In this document: positions 45,918-56,700 of the stretch, one piece after another
Layout: each line of letters starts with the position of its first letter
Numbering within the stretch: position 1 is the stretch's first letter
Source: Flectonema sp. DT1601
Lineage: Eukaryota
Length of the DNA stretch: 64,000 bases
Direction of reading: 5' to 3'
Assembly: GCA_964019425.1 (NCBI GenBank)
Contig: OZ025788.1
Location: 806,001 to 870,000, forward strand
Notes under the pieces: model-generated
Told to the model about the DNA's origin: nothing
Seen by the model: only the letters and a program-made list of their open reading frames with translations
The model's database searches: none
Made by a program: the position numbers and the translations under genes

Positions 45918-47847
45918 TTATTTCTTCTTCAAACTAGTGCCATCAGCATCTGCAGCAACCTTGGCAGCCTGTTTGTGTATTTTCATTTTGACATTGTCAC
46001 AGTCAGCTCGATAAACAAAAACGAAAACAAAACGAAAGTCAGCGGACCCGAATAGCTACGGAATTCATTTTCGGAGTAACGGGCACGAGGAGTATAAAAA
46101 ACTAATCAGCGGTGTCCTAAGGGTTATAGAATGCCTTTTCGGGCATCGCCGTAGCTCCGACTGGGGCGGCATATATTGTATTTCATCATTTTATGAATCG
46201 ATCGTTTGAAAACTGATGCAGCAGGTGGTGCGCAGCTCCAATAAATGTAACAACAGCAGCAGAGAAAGAAATAATCAAAATGTCAGTTAGGGGCGAAAGA
46301 AAGTAGCTCTCATCACCTCTTTTGAGGATCGACGAATATAATGTTTGCATTGTCATCATACATTTGGGAGTGTGAGATGTGGAAAAAAGGATTCAGCATC
46401 GTCGTTGACTTCTTAACAGTGTTCAGATTGCGGTGTTGACGTTATAATAATTTGATTTCATCACAAAGAAGAGAATAGAAATGGAGCAACAGGTTGGCAT
46501 CACAGGAGTGAATATTAAAAACTAATCAGCGGTGTCCTAAGGGTTATAGAATGCCTTTTCGGGCATCGCCGTAGCTCCGACTGGGGCGGCATATATTGTA
46601 TTTCATCATTTTATGAATCGATCGTTTGAAAACTGATGCAGCAGGAGGTGCACAGCTCCAATAACTGTAATAGCAGCAGCAGAGAAAGAAATAATCAAAA
46701 AGTCAGTTAGGGGCGAAAGAAAGTAGCTCTCATCACCTCTTTTGAGGATCGACGAATATAATGTTTGCATTGTCATCATACATTTGGGAGTGTGAGATGT
46801 GGAAAAAAGAATTCAGCATCGTCGTTGACTTCTTAACAGTGTTCAGATTGCGGTGTTGACGTTATAATAATTTGATTTCATCACAAAGAAGAGAATAGAA
46901 ATGGAGCAACAGGTTGGCATCACAGGAGTGAATATTAAAAACTAATCAGCGGTGTCCTAAGGGTTATAGAATGCCTTTTCGGGCATCGCCGTAGCTCCGA
47001 CTGGGGCGGCATGTATTGTATTTCATCATTTACCAGATTTCACGGATGTGATTTGTTATAATGAAAGAGAATGAAGAAGAAGCATACCTTACGCTTGGAA
47101 CGGGCAAGACGGATACCAATAAATTTAGTGTTTCTAGATTGAGCACGGAGGTAGTTGTAAATATGTCTGCTTTTCTCATCAGCAGTAAGCTCACGAGGTG
47201 CTTCAGTGGTAGCGACTGGAGCAATACCAGCTGGTGAGTTCTGGGAAACTGACTTCATGGCGTCTGTTCCGGCAACAGCAATTGGTGTGTTGGCCTTCTT
47301 ACCACCTGGAAGTGGAAAGAGTACTAACTTTGCGACGTAGTCCTTAAGGCGCTGAACGTTTAAGCTCAGTGACTCTTCACTCTGTTGTGGTTTTATAAAC
47401 GATGGAACTTATAGACAAGAAATCAGTATGTAACCAGTAATAATACACATACGTGGTTTCTTCTGCGAGCATCAACGGCGACACCAACGGTTCTGGCAAA
47501 GCTTGGGTTAAGACCAGCACCCTTTACCTCTTCGAGGGTGAATCCCTTTCCGAATCTCTGCTTCATGTTAAATCTAACGGTGCATGACCTGTTGAGTTGT
47601 TTAGGTTTTGAATGAAGTGAATAAGTTGAATTGAATTAATATCATTCACATACTGAACAACTGGTCTAATACATCCCCCAGCTGGTTTTGGGAATACTGC
47701 TCTTGCCTTGGCTTGTCTACGGACACGTCTAGCCTTCTTTTGCTGAGCCTGCTGGAAGAAAGTTTTTATGTGTCCCTTCTGACTGGATTCTGGGTTCCAA
47801 TGCTTGTGGAAATGATTCCTAGGGATCGCATTGTTGTGTTTTGGCAT
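45918..47847 (-). CDS. RPL13: 60S ribosomal protein eL13, 4 exons; introns 47589-47653, 47382-47452, 45969-47087
   Basis: [17 protein letters not shown]...KTFFQQ...[13 protein letters not shown]...[33 protein letters not shown]...[26 protein letters not shown]. Confidence 0.95.
46106..46189 (-). ncRNA. Box C/D snoRNA A, copy 1 (two LSU rRNA guides)
   Basis: C box AUGAUGA, D box CUGA; guides antisense to LSU CUGGGGCGGCA and GGUGUCCUAAGG. Confidence 0.88.
46283..46359 (-). ncRNA. Box C/D snoRNA B, copy 1
   Basis: C AUGAUGA, C' GUGAUGA, D CUGA, terminal stem AAAUG/CAUUU; D guide antisense to LSU UAGGGGCGAAAGA. Confidence 0.88.
46393..46464 (-). ncRNA. Box C/D snoRNA C, copy 1
   Basis: C GUGAUGA, D' CUGA, D CUGA; D' guide antisense to a GGUGUUGACG LSU-like motif. 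Confidence 0.8.
46526..46609 (-). ncRNA. Box C/D snoRNA A, copy 2
   Basis: Identical to copy 1. Confidence 0.88.
46703..46779 (-). ncRNA. Box C/D snoRNA B, copy 2
   Basis: Identical box-to-box to copy 1. Confidence 0.88.
46813..46884 (-). ncRNA. Box C/D snoRNA C, copy 2
   Basis: Identical box-to-box to copy 1. Confidence 0.8.
46946..47029 (-). ncRNA. Box C/D snoRNA A, copy 3
   Basis: One substitution at the 5' edge of the D' guide relative to copies 1 and 2. Confidence 0.88.
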
Positions 47848-48048
47848 CTTATAATTATCAAGGGACTGGGAAAAGTGTTAATTAATAAAAATAAAAAAAG
47901 TGAACTAAAAGTAAAATGTCAATTGTGGCCACCGACAGCGTGATCAGAAATAAGTCTCTTCTTTATCAAGAGTGTCGTAACGGAACCTACTTTATGATTA
48001 ATTATCACAAGTAGTAGAATTAGTTATTCACAAGTACAACAGATGATT

Positions 48049-49008
48049 TTAAAATGCTGCAATTCCTTCTTCTTCTGCTTCCTCAGTTTCTGTCTTTTTC
48101 TTTTTTTTTGTAATAAAGTTTGATGAGAACAGAGTCGACTGCTGAAGTTTTTGCTTCTTTGCGGCGGGTTTTGCTGGTTGTAAGACCTTGACATTTCTTG
48201 GAGGGGTGCGAGGTTTTATTAGCTTGCGAATGTCTAGTTGTCCTTCTGACGCAGCCATTGCTGGCTTCCATGAAGACCGTTTTGCTCTTCCGATACCAGT
48301 AGCTATCTTGTGAAGGGATGCCCATCTGTCAAGTGTAGTTTGATCTATTTGTGGTCCTACTGTTGAACTGTCACCCGATAAGAGGGAATCTTCGATTGTG
48401 AAAAATAACTTTTGAACTTCCCGAAGTACTCCCTTCGGATTCAAAGTTTTTTTTTTACTATGATTTATGCTATTCAAAATATATAATTTATAATGATGTA
48501 ATTTATGGTAATAAAGACCTATTTTCATACAACCTGGACCAACAGGAATGATGCCATCTTCATTGACTGACTCTAACTGAGGGAGCTTCATGATTTTTTG
48601 TATTTCCGATGACTTGTTGCAGGCCCATAAAGCAGAAGCATCATACTTCTTACCCGTCAAGTGTAAATAATAACTTGCGCGCTTTCCACAAGCTAGGCAG
48701 ACTTCTTTGGCATCCGAGTCTAGTTTGGGTCCCTTTTTCGCTACAGAATATTGATTTAGTTTACTTAAGAATTCCTTTCTCCAAACAGTGCTCTCGCATA
48801 GCAGGTCTCGTCTCATGAATATTTTGCGTTCAAAATCGAAGCTTCGATTTTTTAATACTCCACCAGAAAGTCCGGTACTCAGATGTCTTAAGTAGGATTT
48901 AATGTCAGCTAATTGTTGACCACATTCACTAGAGTCTGATGAAGTGCTACTGCTGCTGCTGCTACTACTGCTGCTGTCGGTCATTTCATCTTCGCTGTCC
49001 GTAGACAT
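48049..49008 (-). CDS. CCDC82-like (DUF4211) protein
   Basis: Ser-rich N-terminus; CLACG..., L.L.GKKYD, VGPGC.....YHKLHHYK motif; ATG start taken at MSTDSE. Confidence 0.65.
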   Translation of the reverse strand: MSTDSEDEMTDSSSSSSSSSSTSSDSSECGQQLADIKSYLRHLSTGLSGGVLKNRSFDFERKIFMRRDLLCESTVWRKEFLSKLNQYSVAKKGPKLDSDAKEVCLACGKRASYYLHLTGKKYDASALWACNKSSEIQKIMKLPQLESVNEDGIIPVGPGCMKIGLYYHKLHHYKLYILNSINHSKKKTLNPKGVLREVQKLFFTIEDSLLSGDSSTVGPQIDQTTLDRWASLHKIATGIGRAKRSSWKPAMAASEGQLDIRKLIKPRTPPRNVKVLQPAKPAAKKQKLQQSTLFSSNFITKKKKKTETEEAEEEGIAAF

Positions 49009-50548
49009 CACGTTACCCTGAAAATATGAAACTAATTAACCAACTCACGCAGTAATAACATTATTCACTACACACCTGCTACCTTCACAAAGAGGTAAAA
49101 GTGATTACAGACTATTGTTGATGTTTGTTTAAAACAAACAAATAATTAATTAGTCTCAAAAAAAAAAGAAATAGAACTCTAGCAAAGAAAAACTAGCAGG
49201 TGGTGATGCCCACGAATGGCAGAATGTTTGTTTGATTGCAATTATTGGGTTCGGGTTCGAGATGAAGTCAAACTCACACAGCCTCACCAACAACAAGACG
49301 GTCCTATGAAACGACTCAGTGACGAGGCAAAACAGCTGCTGAAAGAGAGACTTAAAAGAGAAAAACAATGATTTCTTTTTAACCTCGTGTGGCTGTACAG
49401 TTGCTTTGAAGCACACTTGACACCCATTCATTTTCTACTATAAGAATTCGTTCAGCGACCGATCGAACAGCAATTTTTTCTGATTTGCTATTATTAGTCA
49501 CACGAACAAAAGAAAAATACGTATCAGGTGACAAGTATGTGCCCGATTTTAAACAGAAGTGTACCGAGTCGGATTCCTCTTGAAAATTTGGTTCAAAAAT
49601 TGATCGCCAAAAAAAACAAAACACAAAAAAAAAAAAAAAAAAACTTGACATCACAAGAACACCGATGTACAGAAGACTACATCAGGAAATTGAAATAATA
49701 ATATAAAAAAAAAAGAATTTATTTAATTTTGTTACCAAGAAAAACAACACGAATAGGGAATGGGTGACAAACTTAGAGAACACGAAGATGATCAATTTAG
49801 TATGCTATGCTATTTTATTTTATTTTTATTTTTTGTGATGCCGACCTCCTTTTAGACGACTTCAAAAATTGGTCGCAAAAAAACAACAAAAAAAAAACTT
49901 TACTGGAATATTGCTTTCAATAATACGGTAGTTTTTTTTTATTTCTTACTAAGAATAACTTACTAAGAAAAAAAAAACAACACGAATAACAATATCGGGG
50001 ATGGACAGGCATTTTCTTTTTTTTATTACCGCCTATGACTTGGAGAAGTTGTTAATGAGAACGACCTTATTATAAGATAGTGCACTAAATCAAAATATAA
50101 AAAAAGAAAAGTAATAAAAACACATTGTTCTGCTGTTCCATAAAACACTTTGGAATACGTAGTTTCAGGAGCCTTAATCTTATACTACTACTTGTCCCTC
50201 TTTCCATCAGTTCTGGGGACTTCATTCCAGTTTTTTGATAAATTGGATTTATCAATTGGTCTATTTCAAAAAGAGGAAGATTGGAGAAGTTAGTTAGTAC
50301 TACAGGAAAATACAGAACTGATGACGAGGGGTCCTCACAAACTACGAAAGAAAATTGAAACCCCCGGAACAGTACCGAGGATCGTACCACAATTAGACAG
50401 CACACAGCCATATCACTCAGCAAGAAATGAAAACAAAAGGATCAGGTAATGATAGTTAGTTTATGGTCATTACTGCGCCGTACTACGAAAAAAGTTCGTA
50501 GTACTTATGCTATTTTTTTTTCTTTTTCCGACTTCATTATGTGCATCT

Positions 50549-50583
<35 letters not shown>

Positions 50584-51441
50584 GAATTAAATTAAAAAGA
50601 AAAAATTAGAGAAGAGTCACCATCAAGTTGTCAGAACAGCAAGGGTGGGGTGGAGACAGGCAGCAAACAATGCGTCTTTTACTTGTACTCATTTTTTTAT
50701 TTATTTAATTGGGTACAGATGTGGAAAGAATCTAACTAATACCACAGTTCTGTAACACAATAATTGATTATTATCCGCATGCTAATAACAACGGAGATAG
50801 CACAACGATTTCAGTAGCATAATCAAATAATAAATATCAATAGAAGTTTTTTTTTTTTTTTTTCTTTCTATGTGTTATGTTATAGTTTTCGCTTATCTGG
50901 GCGAAAATCTACGTTCCGCGCTGAATTTAACTTCAGGAGGGTTGTTGCTTGGCTCTACATTCTGAGAAGACTTTCGATGTAGTACAAGGAAGGAATTTTT
51001 GCTACGGAGAGCAAATATGGCAGGCTAAAAAAAAAAAAAAAAGAAAAGAATACAAATATCTGACACGGCAGCTAAAAGCAGTTTCCAAAATGGAATTTCA
51101 AAATTCAAACATAGGTTACCTACTTGACTAAATGAAAAGTCGCCTACCTAAAGCTACAACGGATACGTACAGAGGCACAGAAATAAAAGGGTTCTTTGTT
51201 TCTTTTCTACATATTTGCCAAAGTTAAAATAAAAGTAATATTTCTGTGTATGTATACGAGGAACAGAAATTGTCATACAACGTAACAAGACATGAGGGAA
51301 TGGGTCACAGCACGTCCGTCTTTTTTATTGACGCGTCTCGAAGGCAATGAAGGTTTAAGAAGAAAAAAAGAATATATAGATTACGCTTTTTTTTTTCTGA
51401 AAATAACAAACCAAAAGAATAAACTAAGTTAGAGGAAGAAA

Positions 51442-51718
51442 TCAACTCCCAAAACAAACATCAGAACCAGGTGTTAATGGAGTAAGAGGTGACTGAACAA
51501 GTGATAATCTCCTTCTTTGATAGCACTCAGAAGATTCTGTACTTCCAGAGAGGTCATCAGTCATGGTTCCCAAGTTGTCGTCATCTGGCATCACAATTGA
51601 TAGCTGTGCTGCCGTATACCTTCCCTCTCCTGGTAACTCTTTATTTGTACTCTCATGTTGCAGTGCAGGAGGTTTTCTTAGCATATTCATGCTTACTGTC
51701 GTGCCAGGCATCACAGCT

Positions 51719-51723
<5 letters not shown>
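51442..51723 (-). CDS. Small 93-aa disordered protein (putative)
   Basis: ATG after a poly-A 5' leader like other genes here; coding-like composition; RRRLS and SPLTPLTP motifs. Confidence 0.55.
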
Positions 51724-51749
<26 letters not shown>

Positions 51750-51964
51750 CCCCTTCACTAATTGAAAATAAACTACAAATGTTCCACAAAAAAAAAAAAA
51801 AAAAAAGAATTGGCAACCTCACAACATAAGCATACTTTGTTGCTTGCGCGCATGATGTGCGTAATATTCTTTTTAAGCCTGTGCGGAACTATGAAATATA
51901 AGTCAAGAAAGTTAGTAGCGAAGAATTATCGTTGGTTGGTTCATTAAGAGCCAGTCTGTAGGAC

Positions 51965-52125
51965 ATCGAACCCCAATCAGTTACCCGTTACAGCTACGGT
52001 AGTCCACTACACTACCGTCAAAAGCTGATAGGGCAGATACTCTTGCGGGCTTGCACCACCTCAAGGGTGTGCGCTATCGCTCGGTTGACCTGTTCAAATA
52101 TTCAGCGATTCTAATACACGTACGG
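51965..52125 (-). pseudogene. Degenerate 18S rRNA fragment (5' domain, roughly yeast 18S nt 200-380)
   Basis: Minus strand UCUGCCCUAUCAGCUUUUGACGGUAGUGUAGUGGACUACCGUAGCUGUAACGGGUAAC..GGGUUCGAU matches the conserved SSU pattern; core 51965-52042. Confidence 0.8.
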
Positions 52126-52450
52126 CTTAGACTTCATTAAGAGAGAGAAATTTATATAAAAATTATTATAAAAAATAAAAAAAAAAGAGAAATAAACCAA
52201 GAAAGGCTAGTTCGTTACTATTTGCAGATTCCGGATCTGTTACTTTCAGTGAGCGCGCCTTCGCGGGACTCAAATTCGATTGATTTGCTCATCAATCATC
52301 TAATAGTGTGAAGCAGATGCTCCTTCAGACTTCAGTGACATGTTGTGTCTCAAATATGCTTAGTACGTTATAGGGCTCTTCACGGGTTTATAAAATACAT
52401 ATCTTGCTATAACTGTTGGTGGTGTTTTTTTAGTGCCGGCTGTTATAAAT

Positions 52451-53074
52451 TTATAAGTAAGAATAAACCAATAACAAACCTGCAACAACTAAAGCAATAA
52501 ATACTATCGCAAAAGCGAACAACAGAACACGGCGCATACCTCTGTGTTTGGTTTTTTTTTTTTTTTTTTTTTTTTTTCCCCTTGATTTTTTGATGTATCA
52601 AAAAATTCATTAACAAAAACACAACAAGCATAAGTGTGCATACCTTCGAGGACGATGACGACTCTTGACTTCAGAAACCATCATCTCCATCATTAACAAC
52701 TGACTGGCTTTTTCCCATCTCTTTATGTCAGCCTTGTATATATCACGTTCCTTTTCAGTCATGCCGCTCTCTCGCTTCTTACGTTCCAAGATATCAGCTT
52801 CTAAGGCGAGTAAGTCTTTAAGGGCACTTTGTAACTCTGGGCTAATTCTTTTATTTTTCCTTCCATTGTTTCCACTTTCTAATAATTGTTGAAGCTGAGG
52901 GTCAAGTGCTGATGTCTTAGAACTCAATCTTTTGTCTAACTCACTACTTCCTTTTGATTCTTTGTCTTCTAGCTCTTTTAACTTTCGTAGTTTTTCTTCC
53001 TTTGCTGCGATCAGCTTGTCTAGGTTATCAGTTTCCTTTTCCAGTTGTTTTCTTTGTCGTAGGGTGTCAGTCAT
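52451..53074 (-). CDS. Tail-anchored coiled-coil membrane protein, 2 exons; intron 52542-52643
   Basis: Splicing gives C-terminal TM RRVLLFAFAIVFIALVVAGLLLVYSYL*. Confidence 0.8.
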
Positions 53075-53759
53075 TGGTTTGTTTTGTTTTTTTGTTATTC
53101 TTAAAGAAGGTTACTCTGTTTGTCAACAAAAATTTATTCTTTTTTTTTTTTTTAAAGTCCTTTTCTTAACTTTAATTAATCAGAATGAATCAACAATGAG
53201 CAACCTGTAAAATAAAATAATAAGTTTTCCAAAAAAAATTATTATTTTTCATTCCAATATTCCGAGTCAACAAGAGAGGTTAATAGTTTTTTTAATAAAA
53301 AGAAATATATTTTGGTAGAGCCTACTGGAGGGAACTGGAAAAGAAAATTAAAGCTTCTTTTTCTTTCTTTCTTTTTACTTATTAAGTCATCGCGCAGAAA
53401 CGTCGATGATGTGACTAGTGAGTTCTTTACGCTTTTAGGTGAGATAATCTGCATTCTCTTAAACAACAACAAAAAAAAAATTAAAAAAAAAAAAATAAAA
53501 AAGAATAATATTCCTAAGTAACAGGGGGAACCAAGCTATGTCTATAAAGTTATTAGATCACGTAAGGTGACATCACACTGATATCAACAACCAGAGGTAC
53601 TCAGCTATGTCTCCTTTTCTTCATTTAATTTTATGTGTAAGTGACCGGGAGGGACGATTCTCTCTAACAAGTTGAGGAGACCTCAGCGTAAGATAATTGT
53701 ATTTAAAAATAATAAAGAAAGGGAGAGCAACAAACAGAACAGTATGAAAAGGGAAATGA

Positions 53760-56700
53760 TTACAACATGGTTAGCGTTCCAATGAAGATGTGACCAGTTA
53801 AGTCCTCGATGTGACCAACTCTGAGATTTGCTTTGAAAGTGTCTCCGTTTTTTGTTTCACAAGTTACGACAACACCGGAAGTGTTGTCGACAACTTTAGA
53901 AGCAGATCTGTTTTCTGAATTAATAAAACGTTCGATGTAGGAGTCGTGACGCTCTGATATTTCATCGGGCATTAGAATTCGAATGTTTTTACCAACAACA
54001 TGCTCCGCACTGAATGAAAAACGACTCTCCGCAGCACCATTAAACTTTAATACAATTCCCTTTTCGTTTATGGTAATTAATGGAGTTGGTGACAATTCGA
54101 GAATCACATCACCGATTTGTGAATTTATCGAAAGCTGACGAACTTCCGATTGATCTTCAACAAATCCAATAAATAGATGACTCAATTCACTTTGAAATTC
54201 GAATATTTGGAGCTTCACAGGTATCAGTACACCTGACTTACTAACAGCCATGACGTTTCTAGTTGTTCCAACAACTCTTTTAATCCCATCAGCTAAGTAA
54301 CGTTGAATATAACCATCGTGATTTACTGCAACTGATTCTGGCATGAGCATATTAATATTCTTACCAATAACAGTATTAGCTTCATAACCAAAAGTACTAA
54401 CAGCTGCCTGATTGAAAAGAGTTACTTCACAGTCTGGTTGCATTGCTATAATTGGAATTGTGACGGTTTTAACTGTAAGGTCAACTATTAATTTATCATT
54501 ATACATTGCTATTTCTTCTGTTAGATCTCTGAAGTATCCTAAAAACGTTGGTGGATCACCAGGAATGATTTTACTCTCTCGTACCAGTAAGTCTCCCCAG
54601 ACTGGATCACCATTTTTAGTTCTTCCACAGACTCTCAGGCTTGAATCAATTGCCTTTTTTATACCAGTTTCTAAGTACCTTTCGATAAAGCCATCGTGTT
54701 TTGCAGCTACTTCCGGAGGCATGAGCATCTTTACATTGTTTCCCTTTACTTCTCTTTCAGAAAATCCAAACAACTTTGTAGCAGCAGCAGAAAAACGAAT
54801 AATCAAAGCTTGGTGATTAAGTGATATGAAGGCAGTTGGACAAGTTTGAATTACAAAATTATTAAACTCAACAGCTTCTTGGATTACTGCCTCACCTGAT
54901 AAGTCAGATATAAATGCGGTAAATTCCAATTCCCCATCAGAGGAGGTTTCCGAAATATGAATTGACAGTGGGAAAGGGATCTTTTGTTTATTTCTCCAAC
55001 CAGTAAGCTGTCTAGAAGATCCCATTATTCTTTTTAATCGAGTGTCTCTGTAACGCTTAAGATATCTATCGTGTTCTCGTTCAATTTCAGGAGGGAGGTA
55101 TGCTTTGATGTTGGTGTTGAGTACTTCGCTGGATTCAATTTCAAGAAGTTGTTCTGCAATTTTATTAACCAAAAGAACGCTACCCATTTCAGAAATAGTA
55201 ATGACAGCGACTGGGCACATAGAGATAATTGCTTGGCTAGTGTCAACAGCGTTTTGTATTTGCATTTGTTGCTCAACGCAGGTTAGGTTTCCGACGAAAA
55301 ATATTTTGCTTTCTGATAAGATGACTTCTCGGATGGAAGCTTCAACGGGTATGAGAGTTCCGTTCTTGTGTTTAGCAATTAGAACTCGTTTACCTTTCAG
55401 TACATTCTTAACACGTGTTCGTTGATATTGGAGAAGGTATCCGTCGTGTTCGTATGCTATTTCATCAGGAAGAAACATTCTAACATTCTGACTGATGACA
55501 TCATCACCAGCATATCCCAAAACATTAGCATTGTCTTGAAATAAAGAAATAGTTCCAACCTCATCGATGACAATCACTGGTGGCGTCGTTACTTCAATTG
55601 CTGCCTTGTTTATTCTCTCTTGAAGTCTTTGTTCTAACTTTCCCTTTATGGCTGTTACAAATCCGAAGAAGAAAGATTCACCCATAAGTTTGGTTTCTCT
55701 AACTTTAATTTGAATCGGTTCTGGTTCACCTCCTCTGGGTAAACACATAACTTCACGTGTTGTGTCAACAACGTGTTTTATACCTGTGCGTTGATATTCC
55801 GAGAGATAGCCGTCGTGCTGACTACTGATTTCTTCCGGCATTAATATTTTTATATTCGTTCCTACGACCTCATCCATCGGTCTTTTAAACAACTGAACTG
55901 CAGCAGGATTGAATTGCTGGATTATACCTGTTCCTGTTATCCCAATAAAAGCTAAACTTGACATTTCAATAATTGCTTCACACAACGACTTTGAACGCTG
56001 ATTCAATAGTTCTTGTGATATATCTCTAAGGAAACCCATAAACAGATATTTGTCGCCGATGGTTAATTCTTTAATTGTCAGCTCTAAGTCTAGTTCTGCC
56101 CCAGTGCGAGTTTTACCTTTTACTCTGGTTTTGGTACCGATGACTCTCTTTTCACGTAATTTTTTGTATTGTTTTAGGTAATAAGGGTGATTATCAGAGT
56201 CCTTTTCAGTCATTAAAGTCGTTACGTTTTGGCCAAGTATCTCATCGCTACCCCATCCAAACAGACGTGTGCTGACAGAACTGAATCTCACGATAGTTCC
56301 TTTCTCATCAATGGCTACTAACGCACTCTCGCATGCGTTAAGGAGGACGTCTGCTAAGGCGTTTTCTTCTTGCATTTTTACAACATCTCGAACGTCTTTT
56401 ATGAATCCAATTAGCTGTTTTTTTATTTAATAGAGGACGTACTTGGAACAACAATGCTCACTGAGATACAATAATAACACGATGATGACATACTGTATCG
56501 TTGTATTCCACTTCGTCTGCGAATACTTCGATTGTTATTTCTTCTTTGGATTTCGTGACTAGTTTGACGACGTTCTTCTTACCAAGGAACTGTTTTTGTG
56601 TTTACTTTTGTCGGCCACCGCCCGCAAGAGTTAGTGTAAATATTTATTACCAACTGCATACCGTTCTCACTCCAGTCCGTCTGAACGATGATAGGAATTC

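Larger units (their letters stand above)
46095..47030. repeat. 420-bp tandem repeat (about 2.2 units) inside RPL13 intron 3
   Basis: Near-identical blocks starting about 46095, 46515 and 46935. Confidence 0.95.

Noticed and set aside
46039..46095. Possible eighth C/D snoRNA (CUGA with guide antisense to GGACCCGAA)
   Set aside because: No C box before the next snoRNA, only a 9-10 nt match, and CUGAC may be a branch-point motif
50480..50504. Perfect 10-bp inverted repeat gtactacgaa/ttcgtagtac
   Set aside because: Isolated, with no target-site duplication or other support
52246..52300. UUGAUGA...CUGA on the minus strand as snoRNA or U3
   Set aside because: Only about 50 nt box to box, no recognisable guide or U3 boxes
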